A stretch of 64,000 bases of DNA from a virus. A model generated the notes under the pieces. The model had not been told where the DNA came from. It did not search any database and was given only the letters and a program-made list of their open reading frames with translations. The position numbers were made by a program, and so were the translations under genes. Where the stretch lies: the IMG/VR virus record IMGVR_UViG_3300001450_000028, positions 8,327 to 72,326 of that record, one strand, 5' to 3'. Positions 30,195 through 40,412 of this stretch are shown piece after piece. Position 1 is the first letter of the stretch; the number at the start of each line of letters is the position of its first letter.

Positions 30195-30647
30195 ATGGCA
30201 AAAAAAAGAAGAATAGCTGCAAAAGACTTGCGAAACATTAGATCAAGCTTTAAAGAAGAAAAGCTTAATTCTGATGTTGAGCTTCCTAATATTAACAAGC
30301 AGATTGCAGACGCAAAGGCAAAAGCAAGAGACATAAAGATTAATGAAACTGGCATGACGCCTAAAGAAATTAAAAAAGCTGCAAAAAATAAAATTAAAAA
30401 TATTAAAGCAGACTTTACAAACAAGCAAACTGTAAAGGTGACATGTAGCTTTAATGTTGGAGATATCGTCTGTTTTAAATACGGAGGTTCAGAAGAAATA
30501 GGACTTATTTGCAAAATGTGGGTTCCTAACTCTGCTAATACTCGCGAAGAAGCAAAAAATGCAGGCAATGTTACCTTGTTATCTTCTGTTGGAAGAGTAG
30601 ACATAAAACCTATGAGTATTTATAAAAAAATTAATGAGTGCAATTAA
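30195..30647 (+). CDS. Hypothetical basic protein (150 aa), possible SH3/KOW-like C-terminus
   Basis: GAGGG RBS; FNVGDIVCFKYGG...GLI pattern. Confidence 0.5.
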   Translation: MAKKRRIAAKDLRNIRSSFKEEKLNSDVELPNINKQIADAKAKARDIKINETGMTPKEIKKAAKNKIKNIKADFTNKQTVKVTCSFNVGDIVCFKYGGSEEIGLICKMWVPNSANTREEAKNAGNVTLLSSVGRVDIKPMSIYKKINECN

Positions 30648-30666
30648 GCAAATAAAGATTTAAAAT
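30638..30666 (+). promoter_or_regulatory. Candidate sigma70-like promoter for the AAA+/VWA operon
   Basis: GTGCAA-17 nt-TAAAAT, similar in layout to 30145-30174. Confidence 0.3.
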
Positions 30667-30695
30667 AAACTTGCAAACAAAGAGGTATTAACTAA

Positions 30696-31784
30696 ATGAA
30701 CATTGAAACTTTTGTAAAGGTCGCGCTAAGCCTTCCTCCTGATATATCAATCCTTGTCAAAGGTGACACAGGCATTGGAAAATCAGATATTACAAAATAT
30801 ATTGCAACTCAAATTAAGACCAATGCTATGTTTCTAGATCACAAAGGTACAGGAATACCTGTTCTTGACTGGCGACTAAGTTGTTTTTCAGAAGGTGACA
30901 TTATTGGCCTTCCAGAACTTGTTGATGGAACAACAAGATTTGCTCCAAATGCTAGGTTTATGGCAGCCTGTAGAGAACCTCACTTGCTCTTTTTAGATGA
31001 AGGCAATCGAGCAACAAATGAAGTTTTGCAATGTGCATTTCAAATTGTTCTTGACCGAGAACTAAATGGTCAAAAGTTGCATCCAGAAACACGTATCATT
31101 ATGGCAATTAATGAAGGTAATGACTTTACTGTGAACGAGCTCGACCCGGCTCTTCTTCGTCGATTTTGGGTAACAGAGCTGCGTCCAACTGTGAACGACT
31201 GGCTTACATGGGCTCGAAGCAATGACATCGACCCAATGATTACAAGGTTTATTGAAAAGTACCCTTCTCACTTGATGCACGAAGGAGAGCGGTCCCCCGG
31301 GGAAGTTTATCCTTACCCCGCATCATGGGCACGACTAGATAAATCGCTCAAGCATGCAAACTTAAGCCCAAGCAGCTACGCGGGCGCTGACATTCCTGAT
31401 TTTGTTCTTCATCTGTCATCAGGGTTTATTGGTCTTCCAACAACAGCAGCATTTTTAGACTATCTTAAAAATTATAAGCTCAAGCTGTCTGCATCTGACA
31501 TCTTAGACAAATTCAAAACAGTAGAGTCTGATGTGGGATACATGACAAATGATAAGAAAAATGAAGCACTCGATCAAGTTGTACTCTTCTTAAAAGAAGA
31601 AGAAATAACTGTTGCTCAAGCAGAAAATTTAAAAAAGTACTTATCACACACGTCAGATGAAGTTGTGGTCAACTTTATGCAAACTGTCTTAGGTTTAAAA
31701 AATATTCACAACATTAAATTAATTCACAAAGTAGTTAAGTCAAGGGTGCTTGAGGCAACAAGATCTTCAATGGGAATTAAGTAA
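30696..31784 (+). CDS. MoxR-like (AAA_5-type) AAA+ ATPase
   Basis: Walker A GDTGIGKS, Walker B LFLDEGNRA, arginine finger DPALLRRF. Confidence 0.85.
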   Translation: MNIETFVKVALSLPPDISILVKGDTGIGKSDITKYIATQIKTNAMFLDHKGTGIPVLDWRLSCFSEGDIIGLPELVDGTTRFAPNARFMAACREPHLLFLDEGNRATNEVLQCAFQIVLDRELNGQKLHPETRIIMAINEGNDFTVNELDPALLRRFWVTELRPTVNDWLTWARSNDIDPMITRFIEKYPSHLMHEGERSPGEVYPYPASWARLDKSLKHANLSPSSYAGADIPDFVLHLSSGFIGLPTTAAFLDYLKNYKLKLSASDILDKFKTVESDVGYMTNDKKNEALDQVVLFLKEEEITVAQAENLKKYLSHTSDEVVVNFMQTVLGLKNIHNIKLIHKVVKSRVLEATRSSMGIK

Positions 31785-33025
31785 TGCCAGCTTTAACACA
31801 ATCTCAATTTGACTCAACGCTTCTTAAATTTTTAATAGAAGAGCCTTTTTTTGCAACAATCATTAGAGGCATGCAAAAAAATAGAACTTTTGACTTGGAT
31901 ACAGCAGGTGTAAGTTACGAAGACGGGTCAATGAAGCTTTTTTGGAACCCTAATTTTATGGGGTCCTTAAGATATAAAAAAAGATCAGGACTGCTTAAAC
32001 ATGAGTGTTATCACTTAATCTTTAAGCATGTGACTACAAGAAAACAAAAGCCTCACATGGAGTGGAATATTGCAACAGACTTGGCAATCAACAGCATTAT
32101 TCCAGTTAGCGAACTTCCAGAATGTGGACTTATTGCAGGAAAGAAAAATAAACTTGAAGTAAATGAAGGCATTGAACTTTCAAAAGAAAGGCGTGAGCTA
32201 ATAGAAAAGTTTAGCAATTTTATTGAATCGCTACCTAGTCGTAAATCGTCTGAGTGGTATATGAATGAAATTCAAAACAACAAAGAGATCAAAGAAGCGA
32301 TTAAAAATCTTTACGAAAACAAAATTCTTGTCGTTATGGATGAACATGATGATTCAGAGCTTTCTGAAGCAGAAAAAATTATAGCTGACCATCAAGTAAA
32401 AGATCTGCTTAGCAAAGCAAAAGAAATTGCAGATACAAGGGGCTGGGGCTCTACTTCTTTTTCTGTTCGTGCTAAGATTGAGAGTATGGTGTCTAAAAAG
32501 TTTGAATGGGAGCGAGCGCTTAAGTACTTTTGTGGTAACAAAATGAGAAACAACTACTTTAAGACGCAAAGAAAGATCAACAGAAAATATCCCTATATCC
32601 ACCCAGGCCGAAAAGCAAAAAAGACTTCTCATCTTGCAGTTTATGTTGACCAGAGCGGAAGTGTTGGAGGTGGCTCACTTGCTAGATTTGGAAATGTCTT
32701 AGAGCAGTTATCTAAGACACATTCTTTTACTTACTACTTTTTTGACTCACATGTAGATGAAAAAAGTAAAACTTCGTGGAAGAAAGGAAAAACCAGTAAT
32801 TTTTCTAGAAGGCTTTCTGGAGGTACAAATTTTAACAATGTAGAAGATCATTTTAGAAAAGTAAGCAGAGAATATGACGGTTACGTTATAATGACTGACG
32901 GGTATGCAAATAAGCCTAAAACTTGTATTTCTAAAAGATGCTGGGTAATATGTCCAGGTGGGTCTCTTGCATTCACACCTGAAAAGAGAGACTACGTTAT
33001 TAAAATGAGTAAGGAACATAGATGA
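31784..33025 (+). CDS. Putative metallopeptidase + VWA domain protein (DUF2201-like)
   Basis: HECYH (HExxH), WNIATDLAIN, MIDAS VDQSGS, GGTNF, MTDG; TAATG-coupled to the ATPase. Confidence 0.8.
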   Translation: MPALTQSQFDSTLLKFLIEEPFFATIIRGMQKNRTFDLDTAGVSYEDGSMKLFWNPNFMGSLRYKKRSGLLKHECYHLIFKHVTTRKQKPHMEWNIATDLAINSIIPVSELPECGLIAGKKNKLEVNEGIELSKERRELIEKFSNFIESLPSRKSSEWYMNEIQNNKEIKEAIKNLYENKILVVMDEHDDSELSEAEKIIADHQVKDLLSKAKEIADTRGWGSTSFSVRAKIESMVSKKFEWERALKYFCGNKMRNNYFKTQRKINRKYPYIHPGRKAKKTSHLAVYVDQSGSVGGGSLARFGNVLEQLSKTHSFTYYFFDSHVDEKSKTSWKKGKTSNFSRRLSGGTNFNNVEDHFRKVSREYDGYVIMTDGYANKPKTCISKRCWVICPGGSLAFTPEKRDYVIKMSKEHR

Positions 33026-36000
33026 AGATACTTCATATCGCAGATGTACACTGGAGAGGATTGTCAAGGCACGAAGAGTATATTCTTTCGTTTAAAGATT
33101 TGTTTAAACAGGCAAAAAAGCTTAATCCTGACGTTATTTATGTTGGAGGTGACATTGTTCACTCTAAGACTCAAGGAATATCACCTGAACTAGTAGAAAA
33201 CTTAGTTTGGTGGTTTAATGAGATGGCATCAATTGCACCGACACATATAATCTTAGGTAATCATGATGGTTTAATTCATAACAAAGACAGACAAGATGCG
33301 ATATCACCAATTATCAAAGCAATAGATAATAAAAATATCTTCTTATATAAAGATTCAGGTGTTTATCCAACAGGCATACCAGGTTTCGACTGGTGTGTCT
33401 TTTCTTGTTTTGATGAAGAAAATTGGTCAAAAGTAAAACCAACAAAAAATATATCAATTGCTCTTTTTCATGGTGCAGTAACTGGATCATTGACTGATAT
33501 TGACTGGCAACTTGATGGTGAAGTACCTGTTAGTTTTTTTGACGCATTTGACTTTGGAATGTTAGGTGATATTCACAAAACTCAGTTCTTAAACACAAAA
33601 AAGTCGGTTGCTTATTGTGGAAGCACAATTCAACAAAACTACGGAGAAGATCCAGAAAAAGGATTTTTACTGTGGGATATTAGATCAAGAGAGGACTTTG
33701 ATGTAACCTTCCATCCAGTTAAAAATGACTATAAGTTTATTACAGTAGAATGGCGAGGAGATATTGAAAAAACAGTAAAAGCCTGCATGGAACATTCTAG
33801 GCAATCAAGATTTAGAATACGAGCTGAAAATGATTACATTACTCCGGCGCAGACCAGATCACTACAAAAAGCATTAAAAAAGCTTAAAAATGCATCAGAA
33901 GTTGTATTTAAGATTGATAACTCATTTGCCAGTGAGAAAATAAAAGAAGGCGAAGCAACTTCTGTTAATCTAAGAGATCCTAAAGTAATGAAAGATCTTG
34001 TTCGCCAGTACTATGCTGGAGTTGGTGTCAAAGAACAAGAATGGACCCAACTAGACGAAATGACAAATAAGTACTTGTCAGAAGTTACCCAAGAAAACTC
34101 TGATTTGAGAAATGTCAAATGGGGTGTCAGCAAGCTTAATTTTGATAATACTTTTTGTTATGGTAAGGGAAATACAATAAACTTAGATAAGTTGCCAGGA
34201 ATTACAGGTATTTTTGGTAAAAACGCAAGAGGTAAGTCTTCAATTATTGGAACTATAGCATACGGTTTATTTAATTCTTCAGACAGAGGGTCTATTAAAA
34301 ACATACACATTATCAACTCTAGAAAAAATAGTTGTAAAACAGAAGTTGATATTGTTGTAAATGGATCGCTTTTTAGAGTTGTTAGAGAAACATTGAAAAA
34401 AGTAACCAAGAACAATGTTTGGGCTCCAACCACGCTTAAGCTGTATCGAATAGACTCGGCAGGAAAAATACTAGAAGACTTAACAGAAGAACAAAGAAGA
34501 GAGTCTGAAAAGATACTAAGATCGATGATCGGTTCGCCTGAAGAATTTCATATGACTAGCCTGGCTTCGCAAGGCGAGATGAATACTTTTATAAAAGAAA
34601 AAGCGACATCTAGAAAAAATATATTATCTAACTTTTTAGATATGAGCGTCTTCGAATCAATGAACGACATAGCAAAGAAAGAATCTAGCGAACTAAGAAC
34701 TGAATTAAAACAGTACACTCCATCTTGTGGCGGGTGGGCAAAAGCAATTAACGAGCTTAAAGAAACTAAAAAGAATCGTCAAGATAGGCTAGACGTAGTC
34801 AATGCAGAAAAAAATGAAATTCAACTAAAAATTGAAAAACTTACAAAGGAACTTCATCAAAATGTAAAAGAAGATTTTGTTTCTCTTTCAGAAGTTAAAA
34901 AATCAATTCTTTTAAAAGAAAGCCTTGAGTCTAAAATAGAAGAAAATCAAAGTTCTCTAGACAGCATGTCTGACGAAATATTTGAGTCAGAGCAAAAAAT
35001 ATCTAAAATAGAAAACTTTATTACTTCTTTTGATATTGATGATATAAAGGAAAAACATTCAGCCTCAAAAGAGCTAGTAAAGACGCTTTGGGAAATCGAA
35101 GGACACTTTAAGGCAGAAAATGCAGAACTAACCAACATGGAAAAATCTGTTAAAAAATTGTTAGAAGTCCCTTGCGGCGACAGTTTTCCAGATTGTAAGT
35201 TTATTAAAGATTCTCACAGAGACAAAAGAAAGATAGAAGAAAAAAGACTTAAAGTTAATAAACTACAGTCTAATATTTTGGATTTAAAGTCTGCATATAA
35301 GAAAATTCAAAAAGAAAACTACGAAGAGAAAATAGAAAAGTATAACGCGATTGTTGAGAAAAAGTCCCGCCTAATTTCAGACATATCTAATAGTAGAGTT
35401 CAGATACAGATACTTCAAAATAAAATATCTAATCTTGAAAAAGATCTTATTAAGGCCAAAAAATCTACAGAAGAGTTAGAATTAAGATTTAAATCACAAG
35501 ATCAAGAAGACGACAAAAGCGGAATTAGTAGAATATTAGACATTAAAAAAGAAGACTTTAGAAAAAATGATCTGCAAAGAGTAAAACTAATTAAGTCTGT
35601 TGAAGCAACTAGACTTTCACTCTCTCAATCAATTAAGCAAAAAAAGAGATACGATGAGTTAAGTTCACAACTTAAAGTTCAAGATTTATTTATTCAGGCA
35701 ACTTCTAAGAGAGGAATGCCTGTTCAAATAATCAATTCTTTACTTCCAAAAATTAATTTTGAAATATCTAAGATATTAAAAGGAGTTGTTGCTTTCACAG
35801 TTGTTCTTGAAGCTGATTTGGAATCTAATGCGATGGACGTATTTATTGACTATGGAGACTCAAAAAGAATAATTGAATTGGCATCTGGTATGGAAAAAAT
35901 GATTTCTTCACTAGCAATTCGAGTCGCACTAATTAACATATCTTCGCTTCCTAAGACTTCAATGCTTATTATTGACGAAGGCTTTGGTACTCTTGATGAA

Positions 36001-36156
36001 ACAAACTTAGAAGCTTGTGGTAGACTACTCCAGTCTCTTAAGAAATGGTTTAAAAATATTATAATTATTTCTCACATCGATGCAATTAAAGATGTTGTTG
36101 ATCACACATTAGAGATAACTAAAACAGGCGTGGATTCTTATGTTAAGAGTATATAA
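33022..36156 (+). CDS. Fused SbcD/Mre11 nuclease - SbcC/Rad50 ATPase (T4 gp47-gp46 fusion)
   Basis: Phosphoesterase motifs ADVH, GGDIVH, GNHD, FHG, LGDIH; Walker A GKNARGKSS; coiled coil; signature ASGMEK; Walker B IIDEGFGTLD; ISH switch. Confidence 0.9.
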   Translation: MKILHIADVHWRGLSRHEEYILSFKDLFKQAKKLNPDVIYVGGDIVHSKTQGISPELVENLVWWFNEMASIAPTHIILGNHDGLIHNKDRQDAISPIIKAIDNKNIFLYKDSGVYPTGIPGFDWCVFSCFDEENWSKVKPTKNISIALFHGAVTGSLTDIDWQLDGEVPVSFFDAFDFGMLGDIHKTQFLNTKKSVAYCGSTIQQNYGEDPEKGFLLWDIRSREDFDVTFHPVKNDYKFITVEWRGDIEKTVKACMEHSRQSRFRIRAENDYITPAQTRSLQKALKKLKNASEVVFKIDNSFASEKIKEGEATSVNLRDPKVMKDLVRQYYAGVGVKEQEWTQLDEMTNKYLSEVTQENSDLRNVKWGVSKLNFDNTFCYGKGNTINLDKLPGITGIFGKNARGKSSIIGTIAYGLFNSSDRGSIKNIHIINSRKNSCKTEVDIVVNGSLFRVVRETLKKVTKNNVWAPTTLKLYRIDSAGKILEDLTEEQRRESEKILRSMIGSPEEFHMTSLASQGEMNTFIKEKATSRKNILSNFLDMSVFESMNDIAKKESSELRTELKQYTPSCGGWAKAINELKETKKNRQDRLDVVNAEKNEIQLKIEKLTKELHQNVKEDFVSLSEVKKSILLKESLESKIEENQSSLDSMSDEIFESEQKISKIENFITSFDIDDIKEKHSASKELVKTLWEIEGHFKAENAELTNMEKSVKKLLEVPCGDSFPDCKFIKDSHRDKRKIEEKRLKVNKLQSNILDLKSAYKKIQKENYEEKIEKYNAIVEKKSRLISDISNSRVQIQILQNKISNLEKDLIKAKKSTEELELRFKSQDQEDDKSGISRILDIKKEDFRKNDLQRVKLIKSVEATRLSLSQSIKQKKRYDELSSQLKVQDLFIQATSKRGMPVQIINSLLPKINFEISKILKGVVAFTVVLEADLESNAMDVFIDYGDSKRIIELASGMEKMISSLAIRVALINISSLPKTSMLIIDEGFGTLDETNLEACGRLLQSLKKWFKNIIIISHIDAIKDVVDHTLEITKTGVDSYVKSI

Positions 36157-36409
36157 TATAAATGTAAATAGAGGTACCCAGAAGACTGCTGAAGACAACT
36201 TCTTTTGTGATATATGTGGTTTTATGTTATGCACACAGGAGGACTTTCAGATCAATTCTGAGTACTTCTGTTGCCATGAGTGTTATCTAACATTTGCAGA
36301 AAGTAGAAAAGAAAAATGGAAATCAGGATGGCGACCAAAAAAAGTTGACATTAACAAATACATTAAGCAAAGAAAACGTCTAATTACTATCAAAGGGAGA
36401 ATTAAATGA
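36140..36409 (+). CDS. Small putative zinc-binding protein
   Basis: CDIC...CCHEC; overlaps both neighbours; start uncertain. Confidence 0.5.
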   Translation: MLRVYNINVNRGTQKTAEDNFFCDICGFMLCTQEDFQINSEYFCCHECYLTFAESRKEKWKSGWRPKKVDINKYIKQRKRLITIKGRIK

Positions 36410-36786
36410 ATTTTCAAGACTACAATATCCTCAGTACTGTTATTAACGACACATTTGGCCAGTCATACGAAGCTGTACCTGGGTCGATGAAGTGCTCAGT
36501 TCAGATCACAGGCGAAGATCAGATAAAAATGACTTCGATGACTGTTGTAAACTTACTCACTAGATCAAACATGCAAGTTGCATCAAAAGAATCAGAAGCA
36601 GAACTTCAGAAGCTTACAAATGAGTGTCTAAAAAGAATAAAAAAAGATTTTAAAGCAGCATGCGGAAGAGCACTAAAGACAAAAAAAATCTCAAGCGATA
36701 CTTCAGTAGAGTTAATTAATATGAATATTTACTCTGACAAAGGCACTGCTCTTGTAAGACAAGTTCACATGTTTGAAATAAGCTGA
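36406..36786 (+). CDS. Hypothetical protein upstream of the terminase (126 aa)
   Basis: GGGAG RBS and ATGA overlap with the preceding ORF. Confidence 0.55.
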   Translation: MNFQDYNILSTVINDTFGQSYEAVPGSMKCSVQITGEDQIKMTSMTVVNLLTRSNMQVASKESEAELQKLTNECLKRIKKDFKAACGRALKTKKISSDTSVELINMNIYSDKGTALVRQVHMFEIS

Positions 36787-36809
36787 GATAAGTCCTATGT
36801 ATCTTCGCA

Positions 36810-38426
36810 ATGGCGAAATACAATAAACAGCTTCAAGTCAAAGAAATAATTAAATGTGGTAAAGATCCTAATTATTTCTTTAAAAACTACTTGAAAATTC
36901 AACACCCTGTCAGGGGTCTTATTCCTTTTGAAACATATGACTTTCAAGATGATTGCACAGAAGACTTTTTAGAAAATAGATTTAATATTGTTTGCAAGTC
37001 TAGACAGTTAGGTCTATCTACACTTGTTGCTGCATACGCAGTGTGGATGGCAATATTTCAAAAAGAAAAAAATATTCTTATTATTGCAACAAAATTAACT
37101 GTTGCACAAAATTTTATTACAAAGGTAAAGACTATGATCAAGTCTTTGCCAAAGTGGTTACTACTTCCTGATATCGTTGAAAACAATAAACAAAAAATAA
37201 GATTTAGTCACGGATCAGAAATTAAAGCAGTACCCACGTCAGAAGACGCAGGTAGATCAGAAGCATTATCATTGCTTATTGTAGACGAAGCTGCATTTGT
37301 TAGAAACTTTGATACAATCTGGACTGGTATTTACCCTACTATCTCAACAGGTGGTAGGGTTATTATTTTGTCAACACCCAATGGAGTCGGAGGTCAATAT
37401 CACAAACTCTATGTTGATGCCGAGTCTGGCTTGAATGAATTTAATGCAATAAACTTACCATGGCAGGTTCACCCAGAGCGAGATGAAGAGTGGTTTGAAA
37501 AAACTACAAAAAACATGAATAAGCGGCAAATTGCACAAGAATTTCTCTGTGATTTTGCTACAAGTGGCGAGACATTTTTAGATAACAATACACTTGAATG
37601 GATAAGATCTTGTGTTCAAAAGCCTATTGAAAGAGCAGGCCTAGACAGAAATGTATGGATTTGGAAGTATCCGCTATCTTCTCATGACTATGTTTTGTCT
37701 GCTGATGTTTCAAGAGGTGACTCAAAAGACTTTTCAACTTTTCACATAATAGATACAAATGAAAATGAAATCGTTGCTGAATATAAAGGAAAGATTAGGC
37801 CTGATACTTTTGCAGAGCTTATTAACGAATTTGGTCTCAAGTACAATAAAGCACTTGCTTGCCCAGAAAACAATAGCTATGGTTACGCAACAATACTAAA
37901 ATTACAAGAACTTCAATATCCTAAGATATATTATAGAAGAAAAAAGCAAGTTTATGTAGGCGATTATATTCCACCTGCTTCTGCAGATGTTGGTGGGTTT
38001 ACAACGTCAGGAAAGTCAAGAGCAACAATTCTTGCTAAACTGGAAGAAATTTTAAGAAACAGGCAGTTAACATCGTACTCTTCTAGATTTTATGAAGAAT
38101 TAAAGGTGTTTACATGGAATACTGGTAGAGCACAAGCTCGTTCTGGGTTTAATGATGATCTTGTAATGAGCCTTGCAATTGGTTCCTGGCTTATTGATGG
38201 TTCGTCTGACTACTCAAAATCGACCGCCGGTTTAAACGAAGCTATGCTTAGTTCAATATCAAAAAGTAATAGAAGCTATAATGATATACCTGAGCAGGTT
38301 TTTGCGCCAATAGGTGTTTATGGCGGAGGAAAAAATTCAAATCATGGTGGAAATACGAAGCAAGACCTAAATAAAACAAAAAATCGCAGTATGATACCAC
38401 ATGATTATATGTGGGTTTTAAAGTAG
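36810..38426 (+). CDS. terL: Terminase large subunit (T4 gp17-like)
   Basis: KSRQLGLST (Walker A-like), LLIVDEAAF (Walker B), ILSTPNG, nuclease ADVSRG.SKDFS and FNDDLVMSLAI. Confidence 0.95.
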   Translation: MAKYNKQLQVKEIIKCGKDPNYFFKNYLKIQHPVRGLIPFETYDFQDDCTEDFLENRFNIVCKSRQLGLSTLVAAYAVWMAIFQKEKNILIIATKLTVAQNFITKVKTMIKSLPKWLLLPDIVENNKQKIRFSHGSEIKAVPTSEDAGRSEALSLLIVDEAAFVRNFDTIWTGIYPTISTGGRVIILSTPNGVGGQYHKLYVDAESGLNEFNAINLPWQVHPERDEEWFEKTTKNMNKRQIAQEFLCDFATSGETFLDNNTLEWIRSCVQKPIERAGLDRNVWIWKYPLSSHDYVLSADVSRGDSKDFSTFHIIDTNENEIVAEYKGKIRPDTFAELINEFGLKYNKALACPENNSYGYATILKLQELQYPKIYYRRKKQVYVGDYIPPASADVGGFTTSGKSRATILAKLEEILRNRQLTSYSSRFYEELKVFTWNTGRAQARSGFNDDLVMSLAIGSWLIDGSSDYSKSTAGLNEAMLSSISKSNRSYNDIPEQVFAPIGVYGGGKNSNHGGNTKQDLNKTKNRSMIPHDYMWVLK

Positions 38427-38435
38427 GAATTTTAA

Positions 38436-40412
38436 ATGGCAGAAAGTAGATCAAATATATTTCAAAGACTTACACGACTTTTTAGGTCAGGACCGGTCGT
38501 TAAGCGAAATATTGTAAAAGCTGACGACAAATACACGTCATCAGCTTTTGAAATGTTTAGAAAAAATCAGAGCAAAGTTTATAGCAATGCTATGTCTGCG
38601 TATGGAACGTATGATAGGATGGCAAGATATTCAGATTTTAGTGAGATGGAGTATACTCCTGAAATAGGAAGTGCATTAGACATATACGCAGAAGAGACAG
38701 CATCGGCAGATGAAAATGGTAAAGTTCTTCATATCCATTCTGACAATGTAAAAATTAAACAACTGCTTGATGATCTTTTTTACGATACATTAAACGTTGA
38801 ATTTAACATGACTTCTTGGATTAGAAACTTAGTTAAATACGGCGATCACTTTTTATTCAATGATGTGAGCCCAGAGCTAGGTGTCATTAATGCTTATCCG
38901 CTACCAATATCAGAAATTGAAAGAGAAGAGGGTTTTGACCCTAAAGATCCTATGGCAGTTCGTTTTAGGTGGGTAACACAAGGCAATCAAGTTTTAGAAA
39001 ACTGGCAGATTTCACACATGCGTCTTTTAGGTAACGATGCTTTTATTCCATACGGCTCTTCTGTTTTAGAGCCTGCAAGAAGAATTTGGCGACAGTTAAT
39101 CTTGCTAGAAGATGCAATGCTTGTTTACAGAATTGTTAGGGCACCAGAAAGACGTGTATTTAAGATTGATGTAGGCAATGTCCCTCCAGATGAAATTCCT
39201 GCTTACATGGAGCGTGCTCAATCATCACTCAAGAGAGCACCTATTGTAGACCAAGGTACAGGAAAAGTAGACTTAAGGTATAATCCACTCTCTGTCGATG
39301 AAGATTACTTTATACCTGTTCGAGGAAGTGAGTCTGGGACAGCTGTTGAGACTCTTGCAGGTGGTACAGTGGCAGGCGAGACTAACGATGTGGAATATAT
39401 TCAGAAAAAGCTTTTTGCTGCTTTAAAAATACCAAAAGCTTATCTTGGGTACGACGAAGGACTAGGTGCAAAAGCTACACTTTCAATGGAAGACATTAGG
39501 TTTTCTAGAACAATTGCAAGAATACAGCGAACTGTGATTGCAGAAATGAACAAGCTTGCAATTATTCACCTGTACTGCAATGGATTTACTGACACTGACC
39601 TCTTAGACTTCTCACTTACACTTTCAAATCCATCAACAATAGCACAACAACAAAAACTTGAATTGTTTAGATCTAAATTTGAAACTGCCGCCGCGGCATT
39701 AGGCAACCCTGGACTAGTTGATAAGCGCTGGGTTCAAAAAAATATATTAAGACTATCAGATGATGAAATTGCTCAAATCAAGAAAGGACAAAAGCTTGAC
39801 AAGATTACAGAACTTGAAATAGAGTCAACTCAAATTTCTCAAGCAGAAGGACCTTCAAATCCTATGCCGGGTGGCGCTCCGCCAGAGATTGAGCAAACTA
39901 TTGATTTAGGCTTCGGTCCGCCGGCACCCGGAGAAGGCGCACTTTCTGAATCTGACTCTGTTGAAGACATAGGTGTACCAATAAGAATACAAAATAAAAT
40001 AGATAGTGTTACTTCTATGCTTGCAGAAGAAGAGTCTAAAGATGAAATTCTTACAGATGATGAAAAGCGAGAAAAGCTTAAACACGAATATGAAGAAAAA
40101 AGAAGAAAGCATCAAAGAAAACAACACGCAGAGTTTGCAGAAGATTTTACTACAATGAGAAGAGATGCAGGATCTAGAAGACAAAATGATGTAACAGGAA
40201 TGCCGAGAGAGATGGATAGTTTAAAATCTATGGGAAACCTTAAGTTTGAAGACATAAATATAGATGACTATTTAGATAATAAAATTATTCAAAATGCTCA
40301 AATGACCAACAATATAAAATCTACCTTATCTAGACTAGATAATACTTATGGAAAACCTAAAAAATTCACAGGCGTTATCTCTGAGAACAATTCATCAGGG
40401 GAAGAAGAATGA
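38436..40412 (+). CDS. gp20: Portal protein (T4 gp20-like) with a long acidic/low-complexity C-terminal extension
   Basis: QLILLEDAMLVYRIVRAPERRVFKIDVGNVP, EDYFIP.RG and YIQKKLFAALKIP are gp20 signatures. Confidence 0.95.
   Translation: MAESRSNIFQRLTRLFRSGPVVKRNIVKADDKYTSSAFEMFRKNQSKVYSNAMSAYGTYDRMARYSDFSEMEYTPEIGSALDIYAEETASADENGKVLHIHSDNVKIKQLLDDLFYDTLNVEFNMTSWIRNLVKYGDHFLFNDVSPELGVINAYPLPISEIEREEGFDPKDPMAVRFRWVTQGNQVLENWQISHMRLLGNDAFIPYGSSVLEPARRIWRQLILLEDAMLVYRIVRAPERRVFKIDVGNVPPDEIPAYMERAQSSLKRAPIVDQGTGKVDLRYNPLSVDEDYFIPVRGSESGTAVETLAGGTVAGETNDVEYIQKKLFAALKIPKAYLGYDEGLGAKATLSMEDIRFSRTIARIQRTVIAEMNKLAIIHLYCNGFTDTDLLDFSLTLSNPSTIAQQQKLELFRSKFETAAAALGNPGLVDKRWVQKNILRLSDDEIAQIKKGQKLDKITELEIESTQISQAEGPSNPMPGGAPPEIEQTIDLGFGPPAPGEGALSESDSVEDIGVPIRIQNKIDSVTSMLAEEESKDEILTDDEKREKLKHEYEEKRRKHQRKQHAEFAEDFTTMRRDAGSRRQNDVTGMPREMDSLKSMGNLKFEDINIDDYLDNKIIQNAQMTNNIKSTLSRLDNTYGKPKKFTGVISENNSSGEEE

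Noticed and set aside
36406-36786. Small terminase subunit call for the gene before terL
   Set aside because: The position fits, but no TerS-like sequence feature is recognisable, so it is left as hypothetical.
36810-38426. Intein or self-splicing intron in the terminase
   Set aside because: The ORF is continuous, of ordinary length, and shows no intein ends or homing endonuclease motifs.
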